Under the pieces are notes generated by a model. That model worked only from the letters and a program-made list of their open reading frames with translations, was not told the DNA's origin and ran no database searches. The translations under genes and the position numbers were made by a program. This document shows, piece by piece, positions 11,977 through 25,104 of a stretch of 64,000 nt of DNA (position 1 is its first letter; every line of letters begins with the position of its first letter). This DNA is from Carcharhinus longimanus (taxonomy: Eukaryota), in contig JASCQW010000098.1 in NCBI GenBank assembly GCA_030264375.1, positions 45,734,803-45,798,802 on the forward strand, written 5' to 3'.

Positions 11977-13029
11977 AATAACTTGCTGAATTACATCCAC
12001 AGGGTAGACATTTAGAATATGACTGAATCTCAGCAAATCAGTGAATTGCTGATAGCTATTGTGCAAAAGCAAGGCTTATCTGTGTAAAGTTGGAGGCACA
12101 TGTTTTCTCGTTGTTGTTTCATCAAGACTGGGTTGAGTTTTGAGATAGAAGGGTCTGTTCCTTGTATTACAAGGGTTGTAACTTGTTGCGTTGGAGAGCT
12201 GTGGAGGAGCTTCTGCACCTTGGGTGTTGTTAATTATTTATTGTCTTTGATGTAGAGATGCAATCCTATTTGGCATTTGGCTTTCAGCAAGTTAACTCCT
12301 GTTCTGTATGACATAGCACTGTGTAAGCTTCACTAAAGCAGACAGGAAGCATAATTGTTTCAGTTTCATGAGACTGCATATGAGTGAAATATATCACAAA
12401 TGGCAATTTTGAATTGCAGTTTGGGTCTTTATTGAAGATTGTAATTTACACGGCTTGCTCAGCATACTCTGCAGGTAAGATATGAGCTACACATTTCCAC
12501 AATGTAGAAATGCTAGTAAGAGCACATGGCAACACCATATTGACTCTCCTGTGATAATTTCTCTCTCTTCTCTCAAAATGGCATTAACTCAGGTTAGCAA
12601 GTGGAGAGTGGCCACCTGAGTGAGGTACTGGAGAGCTGCTGGACAGCAACAGACTATATCCATTGTTGCATTGACTAAAGGCTAAAATATCTTCAAAGAA
12701 ATCAAACTCAAGTTCCTTTGGGCCAGAATTCCAATCAGGTGAACTGACCAGAACTGATAAAATACCCTCAAAAAAATTTGATTTGGAAAAACGGTAGTGT
12801 GGCTATCTTGAGCAGCACTGTGTACTAGCTCAGACACTCAATTCTTTATGGAAATAGTCACAAATGACAACTATCAAGGAAAATAGAATATTTGTACGTT
12901 GATATAAACCAAGATTCTTTGTATTTACTTTTCCACTTGTGGGAAGAATTGGGAATACTGGTCTTTGAGCTATTGCCTCAAATTGATGAATGATGGCCTA
13001 CTTAAGATTTGGTAACTTGTTAGTTTAAT

Positions 13030-13255
13030 AGGAGGGTGGGGAGCGGAGGCNNNNNNNNNNNNNNNNNNNNNNNNNNNNNNNNNNNNNNNNNNNNNNNNNN
13101 NNNNNNNNNNNNNNNNNNNNNNNNNNNNNNNNNNNNNNNNNNNNNNNNNNGAATGTGGAACTGAGCCACGACAGATCAGCCATGATCTTATTGAATGGCG
13201 GGGCAGGCTCGAAGGGCTAGATGGTCTCCTCCTGCTCCTATTTCTTATGTTCTAA
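13030..13255 (+). mobile_element. Young CR1 LINE 3' end with an assembly gap
   Basis: After the 100-N gap: agatcagccatgatcttattgaatggcggggcaggctcgaagggctagatgg..ctcctatttcttatgttct. The same tail occurs at 37490, 53222, 57677 and 63162. Confidence 0.8.
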
Positions 13256-13261
13256 TTCACT

Positions 13262-13585
13262 TTTGGGTATGGACACATGGGGAAGGCCAACATTCTTGTG
13301 CCCATTTCTAGCTTAGCTCAGCCACTTGAGTGTGCAGCTATGAGTCAGCCATATTTGTATGGGACTGAAGTCACACAGATGCCAGGTAAGGACAAGCATT
13401 AATGGGGCAGTTACATTTTTATGAGCAAAAGAAAACTTCATTGTCTCTTTTACTGATACAGTTTTTTTAGCTACTGAATTCAAAATTTTAAACTACCGTG
13501 TGGGATTTGAGCTCACTTTCTCTGGACTATTAGTCTATGTCTTTGGTTTACTCATTCAGTAGTGCGGCCACTGTACTACCCTATT
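13262..13585 (-). mobile_element. Short non-autonomous retroelement: tRNA-like head plus the tail of the adjacent LINE family
   Basis: Shares 5' blocks (gagtcagccat, ggtaaggac, ccgtgtgggatttga) with 14990-15220 and 39935-40245, and shares the tgcccat tail. Confidence 0.5.
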
Positions 13586-13679
13586 TGTGAGTGGGAACTG
13601 AGCTTTCTGAGAACTTTTCTCTACAGTTCACTACATCACATAATATAGTACATTTATTATTATTCTAAAAATGTGACCA

Positions 13680-15220
13680 ATGCTGATCTGGCCATCATTT
13701 GTTGCCCATCCCTAAATGCCCTTGAGAGGATGGTGCTGAACTGCCTTCTTGAATTGCTGCAGGTCATGTGGTGCACTTACACACACTCCGCTGTTATGGA
13801 GCAAGTTCCAGGATTTTGATCCAGCGAGATGAAAGAATGGCAATATGGTCCCAACTCAGGATGGTGTGTGGTGTGGAGGGGACCTTACAGGTGAAACTGC
13901 CCTTATGCTTCTCGTGGTAGAGGCTGAGATGTTTGGTCTCTTACAACCACAGTCATCTTCTGTTGTGCTAAGTATGATTTCAACCAATGGCGAGTTTGTC
14001 CCCTGATTTCCATTGACACCAGTTTTTTTGGGGGCTTCTTGATGGCGCACTTGTTCAAATGCTGCCTTAGTATTAAGGGCAGCCACTCTCATCTCACCTC
14101 ATGAATTCAACTTTTTTGCCCAGGTTTTGGGGGCCAAGGCTGTAATGAGGCTTTGGACCTATTTTCCCTTAGTGGAACATCAGGAAGGTTATTGCTGTGT
14201 TAGTGCCATGTAACAGCACTGTTGATGACATCTTCCATATATCTCGGCAATTTTACACATAATCAGGCAGACACCAGTATTGTAATTATGTTGCACTAAC
14301 CTGATTAAGCGTGTAACTAGTTTTGGACCATAAGTCTCAGTACAACAGCCAGAATGTTGTTTTGACCTAAAGCTTTTGCTATATCCTATCGAGTGCCTTC
14401 AGTCACTTCTTGTTACCACGTGGAGTGAATTGAATTGGCGGAAGACTGACACCTTAATGGAGCGAACGTCAGAGCGGGCTGAGATGGATCATCTATTTGA
14501 CACTTCTGACTGAAAATGGTTGCAAATGCTTCAGTCTTGTCTTTTGCACCAAATTGCTTGGCTCCAACATCATTGAGGATGAACGTGTTTGTGAAGCATT
14601 CTCCCTCTGGTTACTAGTTTAATTATCCTCCACTACTCCGATCTGGATGCAGCAGGACTGCAGAGTTTAGATCTGATCTGCTGTTTGTGAGATCACTTGT
14701 CTATCGCATGCTTCTTCCATTATTTAGCATGCATGATGGTGGAGTCTGGAATATTGACTATATGGTATGATTCAATGAGTATGACTACATCAACCTGTTG
14801 CTTGACTAGTTTGTAGGATGCTCTCCTAATTTTGGTACAAGTCCCCAGATGTTACTGAGGACTTTGCAGGATTGAGAGGCAGGATGTGCATTTGGCATTT
14901 CTGAGTATAGATGAGTATAGGTTGTCCATCTGGTTTTATTCTTTGACTTTTCTGTAGCGTTTTGATTTACCAGACTGACCATTTCAAAGGATAACCAAGA
15001 GTCAACCACATTGCTGTGTGGCTGGAGTCAAATACAGGTCAGACTGGTAAGGACAACAGATTTCCTCATTGAAGAGATTAGTGAACCAGACAGATTTTTA
15101 ATGACAATCTGGTAGCTTCATAGTTGTCACTACTGGCCACCTTTTTATTCCAGATCTTATCATTAATTGAATTTAACTGCCAGCAGCTGCCACGGTGGGA
15201 GTTGAAATTGTGTCTCGGTT
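13680..15220 (-). mobile_element. Internally deleted non-LTR retrotransposon (L2/CR1 superclade)
   Basis: Minus-strand peptides are SNIWGLVPKLGE (endonuclease start), RVAALNTKAAFEQVRHQ (RT LDxxxAFDxVxH motif) and a C-terminal SKSWNLL..QQFKKAVQHH. The tail is gggcatttagggatgggcaacaaatg. Confidence 0.75.
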
Positions 15221-15424
15221 TGCTATTTGTGGTTTTTCCTGCGTGCCCTGCCACTGCTCCCCAACACCACTCTGATCTACTGCAGGAATGCTAGTCCACA
15301 TAAATGTAACAAATGGATCAGTGCACGTGATCCACCAGCCACTCAGTTCTTAATTTCAGCTATATCCATGTTGCCAGATTCAGGGTTCTAAGCAAATCCA
15401 GAAGTAGAAACTCCAGAAGTGTAA

Positions 15425-15605
15425 GGAAGCATGTGTATTTATATGGTGCCATTCCCATCCGAAGCACTTCACAGTCAATGAAATACTTTTGAAGTGTAAT
15501 TACTGCTGTAATGTAGGAAACACAACAGATAGTTTGCGTACAAAATAGTCTTGTGAAAAGCAATCTGATAATGACCAGATTATCAGTTTAGTGGTGTTGG
15601 TTAGT
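15425..15605 (-). mobile_element. Deu-SINE 3' fragment
   Basis: Reads tgtatttatatggtgcc..cacttcacagtcaatgaaatacttttgaagtgtaattactgctgtaatgtaggaaac..ataatgaccagat. Confidence 0.65.
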
Positions 15606-16439
15606 CATAGTTGATAACATTATACTGGATTCTTAGCTACTGGTGGGCTAGATAAAGATCACATGACTGCTGTTCTGGCTGGGTATGGTGCACGAAGCTA
15701 GAAGACTCAAGTGCCTAAAATTTTAAGAGAGCAAATTTAATCAACCAGCACAGACCCTATAGAAGCTAATACTGTTCTTGTATTTTAAAACTACAAATTC
15801 AAATTGATGTTTGAGGTTCTGAATCATTTTTCTTATTTTCAAGTGAAATTGGAGTTTAATGCAGGCATGTGCTGGAGTAAAAAGATGCTGTAATGTGGCT
15901 GTAAATGACTGCAGCTGTAATGTTAGAATGGGAGACTGACGGCCTTAAATCTGAGAGGTTTCATGGTGATAAATGGTGTAATTGTGAGAGTAACAATAAT
16001 CATGTAGCACACCGTGAACAGGCATTTTAACAATTATCGATTACAACAACTTTTTGAAAGGTCAATTGTTTTAAGCCAAGGGATCAACCACGAAATTAAA
16101 GTATTTATCACTAATTGTGGTTGATGTTGTCAGAATCTGTTCCTTTACTGGAACTTACTCCAGTCACTGCAATTTGAAACTCTTGAGTAAAAGAGAAGCA
16201 AAGGATAAAGAAAATCAAGCCACAGTAGTGTGTGGCCCTTCTTCACTTTCCACCTTCCTCTTCAATGTGAAACACATTGGGAGCTGAGGGTGGTCCATTG
16301 GAGTGGCAAATGTGCTGACACAAATAATAAGATGCCTGGTTCATGATTGCCTATGTCATCACATTCCTAATTTCTGTTACTGAGGAAATGCTGTAGCTGG
16401 GCCAGGTGTTTACAGAGCTATGGTAACAGAAAATCAGAG

Positions 16440-16606
16440 GGATAGTTACTCTCTACCATCAAATCCCACTCCAGGGCTTGAGCACAAAAATCAAGGGTAA
16501 CACTCCAGTGGAGCACTGAGAGAGTGGCACAATGTCAGAGGAAACAGGTGCTGTCGGAGGTGCTGTCTTTCAGTGGAGACATTCAACTGAGGCCCCCCTC
16601 TGCCTA
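16440..16606 (+). mobile_element. Deu-SINE 5' fragment, followed by an HE1 tail fragment (16645-16705, minus strand)
   Basis: Reads tcaaatcccactccagggcttgagcacaaaaatcaagg..cactccagtg..tgtcggaggtgctgtctttcagtggagacattcaactgaggcccc. Confidence 0.65.
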
Positions 16607-18234
16607 CTTTGGGGGGGCGGGCTGGGGGTGGGGTTGTGGGCACACAGAAGATCATAGAATCCCTACAGTAAAGAAGGAGGCCTTTCGGCCCATCAGTGGA
16701 CACCAGTAGAGCTACAACTGGGTTCACTCATGAAAAGGTGCCACTTAAGTCCAGCACTGGAGCATTGCCGCTTCAGGAAGTGAGTCGTGGTTTGCAGGAA
16801 GCAAAGAAGGAAAGTTGCAAGAAGGAAAGAATAACAGTGTATTGTTCTCTGATTATTAATTTTTCAAAATGACATTGGTGAGTGGCTGTGCTGTATTTTC
16901 ATTTTTCAAAACAGAAAACCAGCACCGCTGAATGTGTTTGGTGTTGTAATCATCGAGCGGTTGTCACTGTGGAGAAACAGCCAGTTACGGTTTGCAAAAC
17001 GTTCAGAATACATTTGAAATTAATGGTTATGAGACACTGCTGCTTTCATTGGGTGAAAGTTATAAATCACTTTCTTTTTCCTTGCATTTGACTGCTAAAG
17101 TTGAGAGGAGTAGAAAGTTCGCTTGTGTTCAATACAACTGGTACTGAACTTAGTTCAGCAAGGAGGCTTTGCACAGATCTGTAAAGTACATATGTTTAAC
17201 ATATTGAGACAGGAGACATTAGGTTCACTTGTCCATGGTCTTGTTCCATATGCACCTGGACAACACATGTCTCCTTCATTTCTCCTATTGAAGATAGAAG
17301 TGGAAACTACTGTAATTCAGTGGCACAGTGCACTATGCCATAGCATGGAAGTCTGTGACAGTTCTTGCCTGTGATTTTTTTCATCAATTGAGCTGCCAAT
17401 TTTGGAAAAAGAGATGCACCGAGGTTAAGAGCTTCTGATGAAAGAAGAAAAGAAAATGGAAAAGTGAGTCATTATGGACTACTCCTGTGCATTTTTCCAG
17501 CCACTGCTGACAATGAAACAAGCAGTTGTTCGCTATCCCACTTTCCCAGTGGCAAGTGATAACTGTGAAGAAACCTGTAGAGAAGAAAGAAAGTAAAACT
17601 TTTGGAAATGAAGATTGCAATTGCTGGATCCTTGAATGGTGCATTTCAGGCTCTGGTGCTAAGTATTTCTTATGCTTGTGTAGCTGACGCTGCCCCATAT
17701 GACTGAAGAGGCTGCACATTGGAATAGGGAACAGGGAGTTAGTAAAGTGCCCTTAATCGTTGAGTGCATCCATCAGCTGAAATCCTCATTCCATTGCAGA
17801 ATTTCCTCAGTCACACGTTTTAGTTGTAACTGGTTGCTCAATCCATAACATTTTACATTTATTCTGAGAAGCAGTGGGGGCGATTCTGGGGAGTAGGCTA
17901 TGTAGGGTTGGGGGGGGGTGGGGGCTTGCAGAGATGGATCATGGAATGGGTCTTGATGGGGGAGTTGAGGGAGGCATTTCAGGTGTCTTGATGGGAGGGC
18001 ATGTCGAGGATTGGGTAGGAGACCCATTGAGAGGGCCCCAATGCCAGCGACCCAAATCAGGGAGTGGGTGGCAATGATGAGAGGTGGTCCCAGTGTCTGC
18101 AAATGAGGGCGAAGGTCTTCTAGAGCACTCTGAGATAGGGGCGCTGTTGTGAAACGGTGCCCGAGCACTCAGAAGATGGGCTCAGTGCATATGTTCCCAC
18201 CACCCCATCAGGCAGTGCATCCCAAATCCTGATT

Positions 18235-18755
18235 CTTTATTACATAAGAGTTATTCTTCATGTTGCCTTTGGCAATGTTCCTAAACAGCTAATTCTGTGC
18301 CTTCTGGTTGTCAGTCATTGGAAACAGTCCCTCTTTATGTACGCTACCTTCAAGATTTTAAACATGTCCACCAAATCTCCTCCAGACTTTTTCTGCCCTA
18401 AGGAGAATAACCTCAGTTTCTACAGTCTGTCTACATTATTATAAACCCTTAACTCTTGAACCATTCAAGTAAATCCCTTCGCTGTACCCTTGAAGCCTTA
18501 GCCTCCTTCTGAAGTATGTGCCCAGAACTGGACACAGTCTGGTAGCTGGATCTAAACCAGTGTTTTCACGTTGGTTTAACCCAAGTTCCTGGCTTTCGGA
18601 CTCTACGCCTCTATTTATCCCAAATGCTTTTGAATTATCTTTGTTTTCGTCTGTCCTGACAAATTCAAAAGTTTTGTGCACCAACAATCCAAGTCTGCGT
18701 TCTCGCACCTCCTTTAAAATTGTACCGTTTAGTTTGTATGATCTCTTCACTCTTC
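18235..18755 (-). mobile_element. Old CR1 LINE fragment
   Basis: Minus ORF with YKLNGTILKEVRERRLGLLVHK..KAFGINRGVE (CR1 ORF2 post-RT region). Confidence 0.7.
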
Positions 18756-18756
18756 C

Positions 18757-19695
18757 AAAGAACAAAGAAAATTACAGCACAGGAACAGGCCCTTTGGCCC
18801 TCCAAGCCTGCACTGACCATGCTGCCTGTCTTAATTAAAACTCCCTACGCTTCCAGGGACCATATCGCTCTATCCCCATCTCATTCATGTACTTGTCAAG
18901 ACGCCCTTAAAAGTCACTACTGTATCCATTTCCACAACCTCTCCTGGCAACAAGATCCAAGCACCCACCACTCTGTGTAAAAAATCTGCCTCATACATCT
19001 CTTTTAAAACTTGCCCCTTGCACCTTAAACCTATGCCCCTTAGTAATTGACTCTTCCATCCTGGGAAAAAGCTTCTGATTAAGAATTCTGTCCATGCTTC
19101 TCATAATCTTGTAGACTTCTATCAGGTTCCCCTCAACCTCCGTCACTCCAGTGAGAACAAACCAAGTTTCTCCAACCTCATAGCTAATGCCGTCCATACC
19201 AGGCAACATTCTGATAAATCTTTTCTGTACCCTCTCCAAAACCATCACATCCTTCTGGTAATGTGGCGTCCGGAATTGAACACTATATTCCAAGTGTGGC
19301 CTAACTAAGGTTCCATAAAGCTGCAACATGACTTGCCAATTTTTAAACTCAATGCTCTGGTCAATGAAGGCAAGCATGCCATATGCCTTTCTGACTACCT
19401 TCTCCACCTCCATTGCCACTTTCAATGACCTCTGTACCTGTACACCCAGATCCTTTTGCCTTTCAATCCTCTTAAGGGTTCTGCCATTTACTGTATATTC
19501 CCCGTCTGTTATATAGGAAACACATTACCTCACATTTGTCCAGCTTAAACTCCATCTGCCATCTCTTCACCCAAGTTTCCAACTGATCTATATCCTGCTG
19601 CATCCTCTGATGTTCTTCATCGCTGTGTCGTTTTGTGTCGTCAGCAAATTTACTAATCAATCCAGCTACATTTTCCTCCAAATCATTTATGATTA
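18757..19695 (-). mobile_element. CR1/HER1-type LINE, 5'-truncated (RT C-terminus plus 3' tail)
   Basis: Peptides ISKFADDTK, WQMEFKLDKCEV, KAYGMLAFI..MLQLYGTLVRPHLEYSVQF..LERVQKRFIRMLPG and TKGHRFKV; tail aagaacaaagaaaattacagcacaggaacaggccc on the + strand. Confidence 0.92.
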
Positions 19696-19754
19696 TGATT
19701 TATGATGGTAACACCTCATGCAAGCTTGACTTCCTATTGGATTTAAGGCTGAGT

Positions 19755-21580
19755 TCATTCAACAACCACAGGCCAACTAGTTTAACTTTGGTGGAAAAGA
19801 TTTTAGAAGTAAAATCCGGGGCAAAATGAACAGTCACTTGGACAAGGATGGGTCAATTATAGAAAGCTAGTTGTGTCAAAAGCAAATTGTATTTATCCAA
19901 CTTGATTCTGTTTTTCTGATGATGTAACCAAGAGGGTTGATGAGGGTCTTGTGGTTTGTGTGAAGTGCATGGACCTCAAAAGCATTTGATGAATTGCCCC
20001 ATAATAAGCTCGCTAGCAATGTTGAAAGTCATGGATTAGAAGGGAGAATAACAGCATAGCTACAAAGTTCACAGCGACAAGAGACCGAGAGTTGTGATAA
20101 GCAGTTGGTCTCCTAGACTGGAATAAAAAGAGAACAAAAAACAAAGAACAACCCAGCACGGGAAACAGGCCCTTTGGCCCAACGAGCCCGCGCCGCCACT
20201 TCAGCAAAGCATTTTCCTACACCTACCCTGCCCCGTGTGTATGTGAATGGTACCCCTAATGTAGCCAGATCCAGGGCAGAATAGTGTAGGGTCAATTTGG
20301 TACACCAATCAGCCTAAGTGTACAGTAAGGTCCACAAGGGATTAGTACTAGTTCCTTGCTTTCTTGATCTATATTAATGACCTAGATTTGGGTGTGCTAG
20401 GCGTGATTTCAAAATTTGCAGCTGACATAAACATGGAATCTTTGAGAATCGCGAACAGGATAGTGATAGATGTCAAGAGGACATTGACAGGCTGGTTCAG
20501 TGGCAGATGAAATGTAATGCAGAGAAGCATGAAGTGATTCATTTTGGTAGGAGTAACAAGGAGAGGCACTAGACAACCAAAGGTACAGGAAGAGAGATGC
20601 AGGAATCGACAGATCTGGGTATACGTGTGCGAATTAATATATTTGACAGAGCATATTGAGGAAAGACATACCAGATGCTTGATTTTTAAAGGGGCATTGA
20701 ATACAACTGCAAGAAAGTTATGGAGAACGTTTATAAAACACTGGTTTGGCCTAAACTGGATTGTGTCCAATTCAGAACAACACATGATGGAAAGGATTTG
20801 AGGCTTTAAAAAGGATGCAGAAAAAAAAAGATCCGAGGTGGCATGGTTGCATAGTGGTTAGCACTGCTGCCTCACAGCCCCAGGGACTTGGGTTCAATTC
20901 CTGGTTTGGGTCACTGTCTGTGTAGAGTCTGCACATACACCCCATGTCTGTCTGGGTTTCGTCCAGGTGTTCTGGTTTCCTCCCACAGTTCAAAGATGTG
21001 TGGGTTAGGTTGATTGGCCATGCTAAATTCCTTGTAGTGTTGGGGGATTAGTGGGAAAAATGTATGGGGTTCCAGGAATAGGGCCTGGGTGGGATTGTGG
21101 TTGGTACAGACTCGATGGGCTGAATGATCTCCTTCTGCACTGTAGGGATTCTATGGAATGGTTCTAAGGATGAGAAACTTCAGTTAAATGGATAGATTTT
21201 GGAGAAGTCTGTGTTGTTCTGCTTAGAAAAAATGGTTAAGAAGAGATTTGACAGAGATGTTTAAGGTCATGAAGATCTGGACAGAGTAGATAGAGGAAGG
21301 ACCAGGAGTCAGAGGACACTGATTTGAGGCAAATGATGAAAGAAGCAATTGTGACATGAGTAAAACTTCTTACGCAGTGAGTGGTTAGGATCTTGAATGT
21401 ACTGGAATTAGATTCAATTGTGAATCTCAAAGCGAACTGGATAAGCACATGCAAAAATAAAAATGCCGGGCTGAGGAAAGGGCCAGGGAGCAAAATCAGC
21501 TGAGCTGCCTTTGCAGAGAGGCAGCATGAATACAATGGACTGAATGGCCTTCTCCAGTGTAACTGTTCTATGATTTTATA
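19755..21580 (+). mobile_element. Old CR1 LINE, interrupted by a CR1 tail (20125-20205, minus strand) and a V-SINE
   Basis: Remnants of RPTSLTLVEKILE, AFD, YINDLD, ISKFAAD and WQMKCNAEK, ending in the tail ggactgaatggccttctccagtgtaactgttctatgatt. Confidence 0.75.
20835..21157 (+). mobile_element. HE1-type V-SINE, full length
   Basis: Reads ggtggcatggttgcatagtggttagcactgctgcctcacagccccagggacttgggttcaattcc, then the V core, then gactcgatgggctgaatg..ctgcactgtagggattcta. Confidence 0.9.
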
Positions 21581-22439
21581 TCCTAAAGACTGACAAATCA
21601 ATGAGGGATAAAGGCTGGGTTACTTGTTTACTGTGTAACTTCTTAAGTGTTTGCTTGCAAAGTGTCTGCACTGACCCAGATAAAGCAGGATATCTTTACG
21701 GCCCCTTTACTGCTCTGTCTCTTACCCTCTGGTTTTGGTAGCTTGTTTTTTATCAATGATGTGGAATGTCCTCTTTGTATAAGCCTTCACAGCTTAAACA
21801 GCAGTAGCCTTTCCCTTCCTCAGCACTAGGTTTAATCACAACTCCAATTTGAGGGCATTTTCTCCTGCGTATTCATGGAATGCTTACTACTCCATGTCAC
21901 AGATAATGATTCAGATTTTATGTGGCTGACAATAAAAATCATCACAAGGATTTATTTGTATAAAATAATTTAATGCCACAAAACACTCACCTTTTTCTTT
22001 TGCTTTGTAAAGTGACCTCTTCACTTAGTTTTCTGCTGTTATTGACATCAGTGTCATTATTTCTGCTTTCATGAATGGCAGATAAAAATTTCTGCAGACT
22101 GTGCCTATTGGCATGGAGGTTGCAATTCATTGGACTAAAAATTAGTTGTGGACTATTTTCGGGTCTGGGATTTGGTGTTTGTGACCTATCCAAGCCCATT
22201 TGTGTTGAAGTCGGTAGTACACAGTCCTAGTGCTGATTCCTCAACTGCCTGATTATAGCATTGATACAAACAGATTCCATGTTGCTCGCTGCCTAAGCCA
22301 GAGACCAAACAGTTGACGCATCTCAGGTTGGGCAGCCAGGCTGCTGCTCTGTAGGCAGTCTGCTCTGAAAGGAAGCTGGACTCAATGGAAGGCTGTCTGT
22401 ACTGAAAAAGGCTTCACATGAGGGCTGCACAAAGAGTAG

Positions 22440-22982
22440 AAAGATCCACTAGGTTCAAGAATGTAATGCTGTGGTCTTCGTCACCGAGGCGGACAGGACT
22501 AAAGAGGCCATGTATCCCTGTGGGGTCAAGAGGCTTGCAAGGATCATTGTAAGAAGGAAATAGGAGCAGGTGACCAGGGAGATCAGTGCAAGAAACCTGA
22601 CTCCAGGGGTTTGCAACAGTGCCATAGGAAATTTAATGATCTCATGTGCATGGTCAAGTTGATTGAAGACATCTTCAAAGGACTCCTTACCCACCACATC
22701 TTCACATTCAGCTCAATGCACCACACCTTGAATCACACCTGTCACTCAACCATCCGCGGTCCATTGCACTCAGGATTCATGTCTAATATCTGAATACTCT
22801 GCATCATCTTCACATAGATCCCAATGCACCTAGACACCTCCAGCTACTCAGGCACATTGCCCAAACACAGTGGAACACAATCATCGACATTCTTCTCTCC
22901 CTCCAGCAGAACAAAGTCTCCTATAACAAGTAGCAGCAACAAAGAACTGGTGGGAATAAGGATGGCTGCATCCCTTGTGCCC
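22440..22982 (+). pseudogene. Fossil Harbinger Myb/SANT-like DNA-binding gene, two exons
   Basis: Exon 1 (to 22658) reads VFVTEADRTKEAMYP..IVRRK*EQVTREISARNLTP..QQCHRKFNDLMCMVK. The acceptor ttcttctctccctccagcag ends at 22909. Exon 2 reads NKVSYNK*QQQRTGG. This matches the W..V...V.A....R...QC.K...DL and TGGG pattern of Harbinger Myb-like proteins. Confidence 0.7.
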
Positions 22983-23325
22983 ACAGTAAGAAATCTCAAC
23001 CGGGATCTTGGGTTCATGTCACACTATTTGTAACCCCCATGACTTGCAACGTCTCACTTACTGTCCTGTCTGGAGACAATATATATCTCTTTTTAACCTA
23101 TGCTTTATGCTATCTCCACTCACATTGTCTTCACCTTTTAAGACTTGATTAGTTGCAAAGACTCACATTCTAATCAGTATTCAGTAATCAGTGTATGCCT
23201 TTATATGCTCTGTTTGTGATCAGAACTCTCATTCACCTGACAAAGGGGCAAACCCCGAAAGCTAGTGGTGTTTACTACCAAATAAACCTGTTGAACTTTA
23301 ACCTGGTATTGTGAAACTTCTGTCT
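22983..23325 (+). mobile_element. 5'-truncated Penelope-like element (family A)
   Basis: ORF end LNRDLGFMSHYL* (Penelope-like GIY-YIG protein C-terminus), then a 3' region with a hammerhead motif and aataaacctgttg. A short inverted copy of the tail (acagtaagaaatctca) sits at the 5' junction. Confidence 0.8.
23233..23268 (+). ncRNA. Minimal type I hammerhead ribozyme motif, G8>A mutant
   Basis: Reads tcac CTGACAA a gggg caaa cccc GAAA gct a gtgg, giving stem I cac/gtg, stem II gggg/cccc and a palindromic AGCT in place of stem III. Confidence 0.6.
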
Positions 23326-23429
23326 CAAANNNNNNNNNNNNNNNNNNNNNNNNNNNNNNNNNNNNNNNNNNNNNNNNNNNNNNNNNNNNNNNNNNNNNNN
23401 NNNNNNNNNNNNNNNNNNNNNNNNNNNNN

Positions 23430-23740
23430 CTCACTAATACGTCCACTTATTTCCAAGTGGGAATAAATCCTGTCTCGAAGAATCCTCTCCAATAATTTCC
23501 CTACCAACCAAAGTGGATCACCTTGCCCTTTTCTGCATTGTGTTTCATCTGCTACGTGCCTGCTCAGTCCATGAGCCTGCATCCTCGAAGTCTATTACTA
23601 TCTTCCTCATTGTTTGCTACACTTCTAAGTTTCAGATTATCTGCACATTTTGAAATTGTACCCTGAACTCCAAGTCCAAGTCATTTATGTATGTTAAGAA
23701 CAGCAATGACACAAGCACTGAATCCTGAAGAACATCACCA
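23430..23740 (-). mobile_element. CR1 fragments (young piece next to the gap, older piece beyond)
   Basis: Minus peptide VGKLLERILRDRIYSHLEISGRISE; an older ISKCADN..WAGT*QMK-like stretch lies at 23530-23700. Confidence 0.7.
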
Positions 23741-24689
23741 TATAATTTGTTCAAATATATATATATTCATATTTACAAGCTTGACTTTGTTGTCAAATGT
23801 TCAGCAGTTATTAATAGTCGTCAGTTGGTTATTTATTTCATTTTCAAGTTTTTTGTTGATTTTTTTTTATAAAAAGCTAATCAATCATTTTCCTAAGAAA
23901 TGAATGACCATCTATTGTATAAAATAATAAAATCATCATGACATCAACAAAGATAATCAGTGCACTCAACTTAAAAATGTACAACATTGAAGTATTTTTA
24001 AAAAGCTATTCAAATTTAGTCAAGAAAGTTACATAGGAATAACATAGAAACTCAGAGTCAGCCAGCCCTCAAAACTGCCATCAATCAATTAAATCATGCC
24101 TCATCTGTAGCTTAGACCCTAATACACTTTCCTAGCAAAATTTCACCAATCTCAGTTCTGAAATCATGTACTGACCTAGCCTCCTGTTCTTGCAATTTTT
24201 CAAATCTTTCAAATGAAGTTTATTCCACTGTCAGATAATATTTGGCAGCTGATTAAAAAACAAAGTTAGCAACAACAGTACAAGGCCACCATGATTGAAG
24301 GTGATGACAGAATCAGCAAGTTAAGAAAGCAGTCCAAAAATCAATTCTGGGTGGTCAATAGGTAGATAAAATGAGCTGGAAATTATCAGGCATTACTAAA
24401 TAATTACAGAAAAAGATCATTCAACCCAAATGGCCTTTGCCAGTGTTTATGCTTCACATAAAGCCTTTTCCCACCTTTCACCCAACTCCACCAACATATC
24501 CTTTTATTCCTTACTCCATCCCGTGATATTTAACTTCCCCTTATGAATGGGTCAACTGGCTGGTTTTAGCTACATTTCAATAAGAGAAGAGTAGCTTTCT
24601 CCTCCCTGTTCTTCCATCTCCTTTGCAGCTAAAAAAAAGTTATACATAAAGAAGGAAAAGTGAAAACCCAGCAGATTGGGAGAGCTACA

Positions 24690-25100
24690 AAGAGTAACGA
24701 AAGGATAAAAAGAAATAGGAGGCGCAAAACAGGAACGTGAGAAAACCTGCAAGGGATATTGTAACTAACACTAAAAGTTTTTATAAGTAGAAAAAAGTGG
24801 TCAGGGGGAATGTGGGCCTATTAAAGACAGATGTAGCTGAGACTATAATGGACAATAAGGGAATGGCAGACTTGTTAAATGACTATATTGTATCCATTTC
24901 ACAGTCAAGGAAGAAGACAAAATATCAGTGGTACAAACAAACAAAGAATTAAATCAGTGGGAGAGACTTATTTAACTTAGCACAAGTAAAATGACAATAA
25001 AGAAAATAATGGTACTTAAGATATTCAAGTGCCCAGGACCTGATGCTTTCTCCTGCTAGATATTATAAAAAAAATTGAGGAAATTGCAGATTCTTAAAAA
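24690..25100 (+). mobile_element. Old CR1 ORF2 internal fragment
   Basis: Translates as NTKSFYK..RGNVGLLKTD..IMDNKGMADLLNDYIVSI and KCPGPD (CR1 KSPGPD motif). Confidence 0.65.
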
Positions 25101-25104
25101 TTTT

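Noticed and set aside
17384-17719. 111-aa minus ORF and nearby gtgagt donors
   Set aside because: No recognisable homology and no coherent exon structure.
18991-19681. ORFs with RT-like motifs as a host gene
   Set aside because: They are frameshifted CR1 ORF2 remnants with a CR1 tail.
20835-20910. tRNA gene
   Set aside because: The A/B boxes are the head of a V-SINE and continue into the SINE core. The same applies to 36288 and 40200.
21991-22110. Minus-strand exon ending at a perfect AAG|gtgagt donor
   Set aside because: There is no convincing acceptor, and the peptide (KFLSAIHESRNNDTDV..) is unrecognised.
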